DNA of 64,000 nucleotides from contig CM052817.1 in assembly GCA_028534125.1 (NCBI GenBank), positions 86,182,001-86,246,000 of the forward strand, in the 5' to 3' direction. The DNA is from Lama glama (lineage: Eukaryota). Below, piece by piece: positions 28,086 to 38,570 of this stretch (the first letter of the stretch is position 1; the number at the start of each line of letters is the position of its first letter). The notes under the pieces were generated by a model that made no database searches, was not told the origin of the DNA, and saw only the letters and a program-made list of their open reading frames with translations. The translations under genes and the position numbers were made by a program.

Positions 28086-28689
28086 CTCTTATTACTCTTG
28101 AATCTACACCTTCTGCACAGTTCTTATATGCTTCTTTCACAGAAGCCATGTTGTTAAAGTTGAATATTTTATTTTGATTCATTTTTCTCATATGTTGAAA
28201 ACTGTATCATTCTATATTGACTAGAAATTATATATTCCTTATCTAACATGAGATGTAATGAAGCTAAAAACCTAGTGGATTACATCCAATAAAGTTGTCC
28301 TCAATCCCTGCCCTCATTTATATTCCTATTGTCAGTGCTACAGTTAAGACTTTCACGAATGCACACTTGGATGCATTAAAAAACCAGCTTCCTTCTCTTT
28401 TAATTTAACATCCTCAATCTTTTCTTCACTGTAGTGCAATTCTGATGAATCTAAAATAATAATTTGATTATTGAGCTCAGGTTCAACATCATTTACTCTC
28501 TGCTCATTTCATAAAAACAAAATGAATTCACAGTTGCTATTTCTTCTCCAAGATGCATTAAATGATCACCTCTATAAAAGATTATTTGCTGTTTCTTAAA
28601 TATGCTTCATTATTTGATACATTCAGTTCTTCAAATATTTTGATCTATCTTTGGTCATCAAATAAATTTTTATCTATCAACCATGACTC

Positions 28690-30110
28690 ACTTAGCCAAA
28701 CTAAAGCCCTGGTTTCATGCATGTCACCGCTAATTCGGTAATTGCTTTCAGGCACCTGAATGTAGTTAGAGAAAAACACACAACTGAATCACGCTGATTT
28801 TTACCTCTTTAAAACTATGAGCTTGAACGTCAAATGTGCCCTTAATGCTGTCAAATAAGCCCATTATTCGTCCATAAGCCATCACTTTCTCTCTTTCTTG
28901 TAAGATTAGTTTTATAGATTATTTTCTCATTTCAAATCTTTCATGCCTTTTCCCCCAATTTCACTGCTGGCTGATGATCTGGTTTCTTATGTCACTGAAA
29001 AAACTTAGAGCAATTGGGAGGAAAAGTACGCAGGCGCCGAATGCCACTTGAATACTTACTACGGTATCTTAGCTTTCATACTACACATTTTGCATATTAC
29101 CATAGAGCAGTGTTTCTCAATCTTGTTTCCACTGACGTTATTGAGCCACATAAAGCGTCGCTGGTTGCAGCTAGTAGGACAGTGGGACCTTTCCTGTGCA
29201 TTGTAGGAAATGATTCAGCATCTCTGTCCTCTGTTTCAAGTCAGTAGCTCCTTCTCCCCCATTTACCAATTATGACAACAAAAATGCCTTCAGACATTGT
29301 CAATTTTTGCAAAATTTCCCCCTCTTGAGAACAATTACCAGAAAGGAAATATCCATGCCAATCTCTGAAGCCAACCACTTTGCTTATTCATTAACTCCTC
29401 CTGGTTACAACAGATCCCTTTCAAGCAATACCTCTCTCTCTTTCTCTTACATCATCTATATTCTCTCCTTCCTGGGTTGTTTCATAATCATACATATATG
29501 CTATTATTTCTCCTATTTTAAAAAACAAAAGCAAATAGTCAACTAAAAGCCTCTGCATATCAAGTTTTCCTTGCCAGATACCACCAGGGAACTTAATCCC
29601 TTTCTCATTAAAACTCCTCAAAATAATCATTTATACTCATTGTCTCCAAAGCTGCTCATTTCATTCTTTCTTAAATCTCCTCCATACAAGTTTTTTTTTG
29701 CCCCAGTACAATAATTAAACTTCTCCTCTGCTGTTAACAGTTCTTTCTTTCTTTTTCTCACCTTACTTGATCTGTTAGCAGCATTTGATATAGTTTATCA
29801 CTACCTCCTCCATTTAGATTCTGGTTTTCCTATTATTTCTCTAGTTTTTTTTCTTTTTAAACTCTCTTTGTCTCTTTTACTGGTTTCTCCTCTTTTCCTA
29901 GACTTTTTAATATTGGAATGCCCTAGGTCTCAGGATTTGATTCTCCCCCTCCCCTCATCTTTCTTTGCACTTGCTGCCTTACACATTCCATCTCATGGCT
30001 TTATGTTCAATCTGAATGGAACTGACAAATTTATATTTCCATGCCGTAATCTCTACCCCAAATTCCACACTCATAAATTCTATTGTATTTTTTACACTTC
30101 CACTTGAATG
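28690..30110 (+). mobile_element. LINE-2 fragment (interrupted by MER20)
   Basis: L2 motifs 'gctgatgatctggtttcttatgtcactgaaaaaa', 'cttacttgatctgttagcagcatttgatatagttta', 'ttccatctcatggcttta' and 'acttccacttgaatgt'. Confidence 0.75.
29107..29339. mobile_element. MER20-like hAT DNA transposon fossil
   Basis: Termini 'cagtgtttctcaa' and 'ttgagaacaatt'. Internal 'cctgtgcattgtagga..cagcatctctg..tgacaacaaaaatgccttcagacattgtcaa'. Confidence 0.8.
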
Positions 30111-30117
30111 TTGTGAT

Positions 30118-30625
30118 TATAATCGGTCTGTTTTTTCGGAAATCTATTCCTCACTCTCCCCTGCTCAGTTCATAACACAGAGGACCTGATTACTGTAAGT
30201 TATGTATCTCAGGATTTCCTGAAAGCTGGCTTCCGTGTGGGATCAAACCATGGGAGACACATGTGGAAAGATGAAAAACAGGAGAAAAGGGGGGATATAA
30301 GTATTCTCCCAAGTCCTCTGCGTCTTGGTGTCGCCTCTCATAAGCGCTGCATGCCTTCCATGGCTCCAGCTCCTTCTGCACAGGTCCACTGTGGTTCTAG
30401 TTTCCACCAGCAACCCCTCTCCTCAGCCCTAGTAATGCAATCTCTTTATCGGTCACTTTATCTAAAAGTGGTTGCACCTTCCTGCTTTTGCTAATTCTGA
30501 GTTGTCTCACTATCTCTTGATTGGCTCTTTTAAAGCTATTTTTACCATCAATTACCTGCACTAATTCCCTTTGTTTTAAATTCTCAATGATTTTTATTTT
30601 CTTGGTTTGGCTCTCACTACTTCAG
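30118..30625 (+). mobile_element. ERVL LTR (LTR33-like) inserted in L2
   Basis: 'ctggcttccgtgtgggatcaaaccatgggagacac..gaaaaacaggagaaaag..gtattctccc', ending 'taattccctttgttttaaatt..ttttcttggtttgg'. Confidence 0.6.
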
Positions 30626-32105
30626 ATATCTAACAGACATGTCATAATAAATATGCCTCAACATAAATGGACGATTTTCACTTTGCTGGCTCTGCCAAAC
30701 CTGTTCATGCTTCTCCATCAAATCTAGCAACTTGCTATTAATCAAGATGGGCTATGGTAACAAATAACTCCTGTAATTTTTATGTTTGTCATGGGAATTT
30801 CTAAGAGGAACACTTGAAAATGGCTTGTGCAACTTCCATCCACATTTGACTGGCCTGAACTTACTCACTGACCCTGAACATAACTGCATATGTCATTGTC
30901 ATCACACATTATCATTACCGAAGCCAGATACCCAAGACGCAAGATGCAAGCTTGAACCTTTCACTCTCCATAACACACCACCTTCTTGGTCACCAATTTT
31001 GACTTAGCCTACCTGAGTAAATAGCTTTGACTTCCGTCTTATTCTCACTTAGATCACGGCTAAAGACTTTTATCTTACCTCCTTACCTGCGGGGTCAAAC
31101 TTCTCTGATCCATTTTTTAAATGTTGGCTAAATTATGTCTTGAAAACTGCAATATCATCACATCAATCCCCTGATTAAATGTACCAGTGGCTTATATTGC
31201 CCCATACAAAAGCTCGAATTTCTTTAACTGTAAAGTTTTGCATGAACTAGTCTCCTATCTATTCTATGTCTTTATCTTCATCTCTCATTTATTACTGGAG
31301 CCCCTACCTCATGCAGCATAAACTTACATAGTTCAGTTTCTATTTACTCTCTTACAGGTAGAAGTACACTGTACATGTTTGCTATGATCTCTCAAAGTTC
31401 CTTGTATTTTAAATTTAGTAGTAACTGTCATGCTTTATTTTTTTGCTTGTATTACTTTTCATCTATCTTCATTTCAAACACTGTGCTCTTTGAAGGCATA
31501 CTTTGCTCAATGCTCAGGAAAAGAATAATACATAAAAAGTTAAATAAGTAATTTTGCTTTCAATTAATTGATTATGTATCTATCAATTCAAGGTGCTTAT
31601 GTTTTTCCTTTCCTGTGACATCTACACTAAATTCTCCATTTTTATTATATGATTTTTACATAATATAATATGTATTTTCTACTTCTAATACAGTATTATT
31701 ATTATACTAGATATTACATTTTTTATTTCTACAATAAGTCATGGGTTCTATTTTATCCTTTCTACTGCACTAGATTATAGAGGAGATTGAAAAGAGATAG
31801 GAAACGTACTTGAAATCAATAATCAGCAGAGTTTGAAGGTTTCAAAATCTAAAAATATGAGATAACTTACGGAAAGAGAAATAAGTATTGCTGTAATTTT
31901 TTTTTCCATTTGGTATATTAATTGAGAAGGTACAATTTTCATTGAGCATGGACTTCATGTCAATTTTTTTTCCTAAATCATGTTCTCACATATATAATAT
32001 ATACACATACATACACACACAGTAAATATGGCTCATTAAATACAATCATTATTTGAAGTTCTGTAGTAACTGAAATTAACATTCTCTTTTAAAGATGTAT
32101 TACTA

Positions 32106-32400
32106 TTTTGTACATGAGAAACAGACTCACAGACATAGTAAACAATCTTATGGCTATGGGGGCAAAGAGGGTAGGAAGGGATAAATTTGTGAGTTTGAGA
32201 TTTGCAAATGTTAACCACTATATATAAAAACAGATTAAAAAATTCTTCTGTATAGCACAGGGAATTATATTCAATATCTTATAATAACCTTTAATGAAAA
32301 AGAATATGAAAATAAATATATATATTATATGCATGACTGGGATATTGTGCCATATGCCACAAATTGACACATTGTAACTGACCATACTTCAATAAAAAAA
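32106..32400 (+). mobile_element. 5'-truncated, relatively young artiodactyl-type L1 (3' UTR) with TSD and tiny 5' inversion
   Basis: 'aaacagactcacagacatag..ctgtatagcacaggga..atattcaatatctt..acattgtaactgaccatacttcaataaaaaaa'. TSD ATGTATTACTA at 32095-32105 and 32400-32410. Confidence 0.9.
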
Positions 32401-33939
32401 TGTATTACTAAATAACTGTATTTTCTGGAAATGCAGCCTTAATTATGTAGGTACATAATGGCATGCTGGGATATTATTTTAAAATAATTTGGCAAAAATA
32501 GAAAAGAAATATATGAAGCAAGTATAGAAAAACCATGGTAATTGTTGAATTTGAGTGAAGTTGTATGTAGTTTATCGAATTATTTACTATGTGTCTGAAA
32601 ATATGATAAAAAATAAAACAAAAGAGGGAAATATATATCTCTTATTTTTAGGAGTTAGTATAGCGTCTACCTACAGTGTCTATAGCACTGTATCTGATCA
32701 GAACCAAAGACTTTCTGACCATTTGATCAAATGAGATTAAGTCTAAATTCTCATAGGGAGTTACTTCAAGGCAGCAAAGATTCATACAGATGTTGTAACT
32801 AATGAGTAATTACATAGACTGATGTGTTTATTTATATTTTTAATCGTACAATATATTTTCTTTGTTATCCTTAACATCAATATTAAGCTTATGCAAGTAC
32901 AATATGCACCATATCTCAGGATCTCTATAACCTGAATTGTATATACATATATAAAAACAATATGATTTAAAAAATAAGGGATCAATGCATATTGCTCACT
33001 TACACACTCACTATTCACCTGAAATTTTATTTTTGTTTTATATCTCCCTCCATCATAACTGTTATTATACAAATAAAGTTTAAAAATTATTAAAGTAAAA
33101 TTTTAGTGTGCTTAATAATGAATAATAATAATAATCCACGTATTCTAAATTTTACAAAAATTAAAAATGCCTAGTGACCAATAGATATTCAACTTGAATC
33201 AATTCTATGTGCTTAAATATTTTCATTTTTATACATTTTAGACTTCTAATTTTATTTTATTTTTTTACTATGCGATATTATGATTGGCTTCAAGAAACTC
33301 TTATTTACAATTAATTTATTCTGTTACATTCTTTTGGGCCTAAAAATATGTGAGTTTTGTGATCTCCTGGACTAAAATATATTTAGTCACATAGTGAAAG
33401 GTCAGGCCATATAAAATCCTGCCTGTGTTCAATTCACTTTTTGTTTTTGGTTGTAATGTGTTCCTAGTTATCTAATCTTATTTCATTACATTGTATTTCA
33501 ATTATTTAATATTTGATTAAAATACCTAACTTATGAGACACTAACAGAATAAATGCATGTGAGCACACAATCCAATTTAGAAACAGGAAAGTTATCAATT
33601 TTGCAGCTATTTTTCATTCATTCTCTGCCACATAGATGCAGTTATACTTTGTATTTGGTGCTTAGAATTTCCCTGTTTTCTTAATCGATACATAATAACA
33701 TGGTTAAAAGTCTATTTTGGGATCCAGACAGTCTGTTTTTGTATCTTGTTTCCTTCTTTTTCCAGTCCTTTTTGAATCTACTTCTAATCTGTATCCCTAG
33801 TTCCATTCTGGAAATTTAAGTAATTCTGGAAAGAGTGGAAAAAGGTGAAATGGTGAAATAAAGTGCCTGCAGGTTACAAATTTCTCTCACAAATCCCCTC
33901 AGCAAAATGAGAAATCTTTTGTTGTAAAGGACATTTAGA

Positions 33940-34074
33940 GGGGATGGGTATAGCTCAGTGGTAGAGTGTATGCCTAGCATGCACAAGGTCCTGGGTTCAA
34001 ACCTCCATTAAAAATAAACAAATAAATAAAACCTAATTACACCCCCTCAAATTAAAAAATAAACATCTTTTTTT
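33940..34074 (+). mobile_element. tRNA-derived SINE, camelid Vic-1-like
   Basis: 'ggggatgggtatagctcagtggtagag..cctagcatgcacaaggtcctgggttcaa' (A and B boxes), then 'ctccattaaaaataaa..acctaattac.cccc' and an A/T tail. Flanking repeat taaaggaca at 33925-33933 and 34075-34083. Confidence 0.9.
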
Positions 34075-36412
34075 TAAAGGACACAACTGGAAAATAACTA
34101 AGTGGGACCGACATATTTCATGCAATGCAAAGAAAGATCTAAGTGACTTACCTCATTCTATCAATAATCTCATGAAAAGACGATTAATCTTAAATCAACG
34201 GGTATGTGGAAAACACCATGGGCCGTGGGAAGAAACAAATTTGTGCAGGGTTGCTTATTCAATAGGCTGTATTTAGACAGCAGCACCTGACCTGGTAACA
34301 GGCATTGGTTATCCACAAATAGAGTCTCAAACATGAAACTGAAAGACTGGTAAGTAAAATCTTAATAGTGCTTTTACTTAATAAAAAAAAAAAACCATCA
34401 GGAGAAAAAAGCATCAGTGAAGAAAGCTTATCCATAAAGCCATTTCAGAGAGCACACCTGCAAAAGTAGGAAGAAACTTGTAAGTGTGAAAGCCACAAGG
34501 GAAAACCTCTTTTAGCAAACACTGTTAGTGAAGATCTTGAAGGAATCCAGACAAAGCAAATCACCCTTGTGGGTAAAACCTGACAGAGACAGAATTTGCC
34601 ACAGTTGTCCTCTTTTTCAAAGTCATCTAGTCAACAAACTGATTCCCAAGAGATTTACTACTCTTATCATTTATCTAATTATCGCTATTCATCCTAAAAC
34701 AGGACACCATTTCCTCCCATCCTGTGCATGCAATATTCACTCAAAGGTTCTATCCATGTCTGCACTTGCTACCACGTAATTCTTTTCTCCGAAAAGCAGC
34801 CAGAGTGGTCGTTCCATGTTAACTTAATCATGACGTTTTAGACTAATTGGAGGATAAGTCCAGATGGTTCAACATTCATTTAACATGAGTCTGGACACAG
34901 AAAGAATAAAGTATATGTAGGGTTGCAAATGCTAAATAAATAAAAGAAGAAAAATCTCCTGCATTAGACACATTTATAAGCCATCAAATAAAAGCTTTCA
35001 TTGAGTGCTAATATCCTTACTTTAACACATCCTGGTGATATTTAAAATAAGTAGAAAGATTACCAAGGGGAGGGGAAAAAGTTACCTAAACAGGAAAAAT
35101 ATTATATTGTATGAGACCTCTCACTGGCAACATTAGATACCAGTTGACAGTAAGACAGTTTCTTTACAGGTATAGAGGAATTCTCCTTTGCTAGAGTCCT
35201 ATAAGGAAGCAAAGCAATGGGTAATGCATTTCACTAATAAATAAACCGTCATTAATATTTAAAGTAAAAAAAGTTAATTCCCAGACTCCTTTCTGGAAAA
35301 AAAATATTTGAGATGTTCTTTAGCAAAATGAAAATTTGAGATAAAAAGTTTATATATGTCATTCAAGAAACAGTACAAATCCAGAAGTAAAAAGAAAATG
35401 AATTCTATGTTGACCATTATGTAGCAGACTGAAAGAGTACGTCAAAATTAGATCCAAAGACTTTATTAGAATGACTTCAACAAGGAAGTTGATTCCATTT
35501 CACAAATTGTGATTAAGGACCTAGATGATCTAAAAGATCTCATAGTTACATTTATACCCTTTATCATTAAGAATGTATAGAAGTCAAGAAACACTGGAGG
35601 AAAGCTGTGAACAAATTTGTACCGAGAATCATTCTACTTTATTTGGTTTTGGTAAAGTCTTCTAGTCTAGTCTAGCGGGTTGTTTCTCATAGTCTCCTGA
35701 ATTGCCTTGTCAGCATGATTTACCCTCTGCTGCCTTTCAAATGAATGCTAGTTCAGTCAGATTAGTATTTACACAATCTGTAAACCAGAGAACCTGTCTT
35801 TCCTATTCGTCAGCACATGGAACAAAGCCTACTTAAAGTTTGTGATTAACACATTTTGTTTAAGTAAATAAATAATGGACAAATGAATGCATTTTTACAG
35901 TCTCTTTTTCAGATGTTAGCACTGAATGGGAGTCGTGTACATGAAGAGCAGACACGTGGAGGGGAGTTGATCATAGAGGCAAGAACTTGTTAAACCTATT
36001 CTTTCAGCTCGGCCCTATCAATTATTTTACTTTAGCATTACACCTTTCAAGATCACGGTGTAACGAGAGGGCAGGCGCCTGCCCAGGGTCACACCGCCAA
36101 GACAAGGGCTCTGAATGTGACTGTCTTCAAGGAGCACTTCAGCTCCCGGCCTGGGAGCAGAAGACAAGGGGCCGCGGCTGCAAGGTGGAGCCTGTCGCCT
36201 CCTCTCCACTCCCACCATGTCTTTTCCTCACTGACCTCTCCTGCGGGCTTTGGGTGCGCTGCAGAAGGAAGCGGAGGCCAGCGGGACACACCCTCCCTCA
36301 GTTGCCCTTCCCCAGGGAACGGGCCTGGCGCTGACCCGTCTACCCACCCGTCCCTGCCTCGGCCATTACTAGCCAGGCTCTGCCCTCATCCTTGTCAGGC
36401 TCACAGCCATAC

Positions 36413-36490
36413 CTGGACAGAGTGCTGCTGACGGTCGAGGAGGAAGTGCAGGAAGTCTGGAGTGTGCAGAAGCACTGGAAGGTGTACAAG
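36413..36490 (-). pseudogene. KNDC1: KNDC1-derived exon D remnant (LYTFQCFCT/DFLHFLLDR/SSTLS), 5' part and acceptor lost
   Basis: 'ttgtacaccttccagtgcttctgcaca..gacttcctgcacttcctcctcgaccg.cagcagcactctgtccag|gtatgg', with two frameshifts. Confidence 0.8.
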
Positions 36491-36715
36491 ACGCCCAGGT
36501 CCACAGGTGAGTGTCCGAAGGGCCCGCAGCTCTGAGGCTACTCAGCCAGTGGCAGCCAACCCAAGGGAACTTAAAGCTCTGGTGCAAGCCTGTCTCAGAT
36601 GAAGGAAGACCTCCAGGGGCCTATTTCTTTCTTTATTTTTTTCTCCTTTTTGTTTCCAAAACCTGGGGGGCACAGGGACCCCCAGGCCTGCTTCCTCCCT
36701 CGGCCTGGGCTGCAC

Positions 36716-36897
36716 CTGGAGTGAGCGGGGTCCCGGGCCTTCCTCTGCCAGCCGGTGGCGGGAACTTGCTGACACTGTAGATGGAGGTCGTCTAGGGGGC
36801 TGAAGTCCTGCGAGTCGCAGAGGGCCGCAAGACGTTCAAAATCACGAGCAGGTCACTCGGCTCCGGGCTCCAGACCCCATCTCTCCTCATACATGAC
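36716..36897 (-). pseudogene. KNDC1: KNDC1-derived exon C (VMYEERWGLEP...), disrupted
   Basis: Acceptor 'gctcgctgccccag'. In-frame TGA after 14 codons; the homologous peptides VILNV, AALCDSQDFSPLD and IYSVSK..GTPL fall in shifting frames. Ends ACTCCAG|gtgcag. Confidence 0.82.
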
Positions 36898-37095
36898 CTG
36901 GGGCAGCGAGCCACCGCGGTCTGGTTGACCTGCAGCCCAGGCACCTGCCCCTGGCCCTGGCCCCGGCCTCGGGGGTGGCTTCGGAAAAGTCAGGGTATGT
37001 TTTTACATAGGCTGCTTTCCAAGGTTTAAACAGGAGGAAGCTCGGCGGCTACCAGGCCGTAGGAGGAAGGCGGGTAGAAATGCAGGGGGCCTTAC

Positions 37096-37193
37096 CTGCA
37101 GCTGCTGCGTGACAAGTCCGAGGAACTGCAGCTTGGACCTCATTTCTTCCAGCTGTCCTTTCAGTTTGGACAACATGGCCGTCACTTCGGAGC
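37096..37193 (-). pseudogene. KNDC1: KNDC1-derived exon B (SEVTAMLSKLKGQLEEMRSKLQFLGLVTQQLQ), intact frame and splice sites
   Basis: Branch-like 'gctgac', acceptor 'ccggcccctcag', 98 nt with no stop or indel, consensus donor CAG|gtaagg. Confidence 0.88.
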
Positions 37194-37288
37194 CTGAGGG
37201 GCCGGCAGAGTCAGCCCGAAGCGCCCCCCTGACCCAGGGGGCACCTTGGCCCGACCCTCTGCTCTGGCCTGCATCCAGCGAGGCTGAC

Positions 37289-37381
37289 TTTGTTCCGCTT
37301 CTCCTTCCACAGGAGCTTCTGGCAGAACCTGAGAGCCTTCTGGAAGTTTATTTTCTCTGCCCTGAGCTGCTGCTCCAGCTC
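37289..37381 (-). pseudogene. KNDC1: KNDC1-derived exon A (ELEQQL...KEKRNK)
   Basis: Acceptor 'ctccttcctcgccag' precedes a 93-nt open exon. The donor AAA|gtcagc is phase 0 while the next exon needs phase 1, consistent with loss of one G at the junction. Confidence 0.8.
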
Positions 37382-37449
37382 CTGGCGAGGAAGGAGCTGC
37401 AAGGCCAGGGCGCCTGGCGCTTCGCCGCCGCGCGGCTTCAGGAAACTCT

Positions 37450-38120
37450 CGCAAGCGGGAGGTCGAGGCGGGTGTTCCTCAGGGGAGCGAAGCGCGCGGC
37501 CAGGCGGGCAGCCGGGTCAACACACGGAGGAAGGAGGACCTGGGCGCCGAGACGAACGAGGAAACGTCTCAGTAACCAGGAGAAAGCAGATTCTATCGAC
37601 CTGATTCAAAAAGGAAAAAAATGAGGCCAAAAAAACGTGAGGCAACCGGCGGAGCCCTTTCCTACGAGCCCTCCCGGACCCCCCGCCCGCGCCCGCCGAG
37701 AGGAGAGGCGGGAAGTGCGGCGCCGGCGTGTCCGCGGCGGCGGCCAGCCCTGGCCTCGGGGGCCTGCCCTTCTGGAGAGTTCTCCCGGCACCGCGTCCCC
37801 GGTTGGAGGGCGGCACGCCCAGCGGCGCAGACACCGGCAGAGGAGCGAAGACAGTCCTGCCCCAGAGCCCAAGGTGCAGACCCTAGAGCCCGCGCTGCCC
37901 GCGCGGGGCTTCCGTGTAGAACACGAAAGACGCCGGGGCTTCAGCCAGGCCGCGTCTCCGGGAGAGAGGCGGGGCCGAGTCCCCTGGGCTGCAGGTGAGC
38001 GCGGGGCCCCTCGGTTCTGCTTCGGGTGCCGGGCACCACGCGGGTCCCAGCTCCTTAACCGGAGAACTTGTATCTTTAGGAAGAGGACTGCTATACAGAA
38101 CGAGGTGAAGGTCGGGAAGT
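37450..38120 (+). promoter_or_regulatory. CpG-island, TATA-less promoter
   Basis: Very GC- and CpG-dense block in an AT-rich window. GC box 'ccccgccc' (37681-37688) and an overlapping E2F/ETS-like 'ggcgggaagtg' (37707-37717). Confidence 0.85.
37710..37994 (+). other. Probable non-coding first exon of an unidentified + strand gene
   Basis: Strong donor CAG|gtgagc at 37994/37995 at the downstream edge of the CpG island. There is no ATG between 37710 and the donor. The start position is a guess. Confidence 0.65.
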
Positions 38121-38404
38121 TCTGCTAAGTCATTGTTTGTTAAGGGAGCCGTTTACCTACCTAGGTGAGCAGAATGTTGCTTCAGATAAATTGATCTGCA
38201 AGAACTTCCTGAAAGCAAAAGGTAACATTATTTACTGATTTACAGTTTTTTTTTTTCTCAGCAAAAATTTTCTGTTACGAGTAACCAATTCATTTTGGCC
38301 CAGTTTATCTGGGCTTTTAGTTTTAAGAGCTGTGCTTTGTTCACACAGAACTGATTTTAGTACCTGATCACCATTGCCTGTGTTGTCTGTTTTCTGAAGC
38401 TGGT

Positions 38405-38570
38405 AAGAGATGGGCAGACTATTTCTGTAAAGTGCCAAATAGAAAATGTTTTAGGCTTCAGGAGCCATACTATCTGTTGCAACTACTTATTTTTACTGTT
38501 TTAGCCCCAAAGCAGGCCTAGAAAAATGAATGTGCCTGTCTGTGTTCTAAAAAAGCTTTATTTAAAACAT
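38405..38570. mobile_element. MER58A-like DNA transposon fragment
   Basis: 'ttctgtaaagtgccaaatagaaaatgttttaggctt..gccatac..tctgttgcaactact..aaagcag..gtgttctaaaaaagctttattta'. Confidence 0.75.

Larger units (their letters stand above)
36060..37450 (-). pseudogene. KNDC1: Unprocessed (intron-containing) partial KNDC1 pseudogene: four exon remnants covering the coiled-coil and start of the RasGEF N-terminal (REM) region
   Basis: Spliced translation gives ELEQQLRAEKINFQKALRFCQKLLWKEKRNK | (G)SEVTAMLSKLKGQLEEMRSKLQFLGLVTQQLQ | VMYEERWGLEP..VILNV..AALCDSQDFSPLD..IYSVSK..GTPL..S | LYTFQCFCT..DFLHFLLDR..SSTLS. This is collinear with human KNDC1 as recalled: LEQQLMMEKRNYRKTLKFYQKLLQKEKRNKGSDVKTMLSKLKGQLEEMKSRVQFLSLVKKYLQVMYAERWGLEPCTLPVIVNIAAAPCDTLDFSPLDESSSLIFYNVNKH..GTPLGLMAYLYSS..FLYTFRYFCTPHDFLHFLLDRINSTL. 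GT-AG introns are present, as are frameshifts and a TGA (36855-36853). Outer boundaries are estimated from the GC transition. Confidence 0.88.

Noticed and set aside
33940..34010. tRNA gene (also at 57689-57760)
   Set aside because: The A/B boxes belong to a SINE head. The sequence continues into SINE body, A-rich tail and TSD.
36060..36250. Fifth KNDC1 exon after the acceptor-like 'ccgcttccttctgcag' on the - strand
   Set aside because: Translations do not match the next KNDC1 segment as I recall it (AHQDPTSTFTKIYRRSL), so I treat it as intron-derived or unassigned.
36060..37450. Functional KNDC1 gene, or a processed retrocopy
   Set aside because: Frameshifts, an in-frame stop, a lost acceptor and the absence of all other exons exclude an intact gene. 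Retained introns and no visible TSD or terminal poly(A) argue against a classical retrocopy.
35987..38128. Many overlapping 60-171 aa ORFs on both strands of the GC-rich island (e.g. 37109-37624 +, 37621-37998 +, 37637-38128 +)
   Set aside because: These are Arg/Pro/Gly/Ala-rich products expected from stop-poor GC-rich DNA, mostly with non-ATG starts. Only the - strand frames matching KNDC1 carry recognisable homology. The ATG ORF at 37621 cannot be fully excluded but resembles no protein I know.
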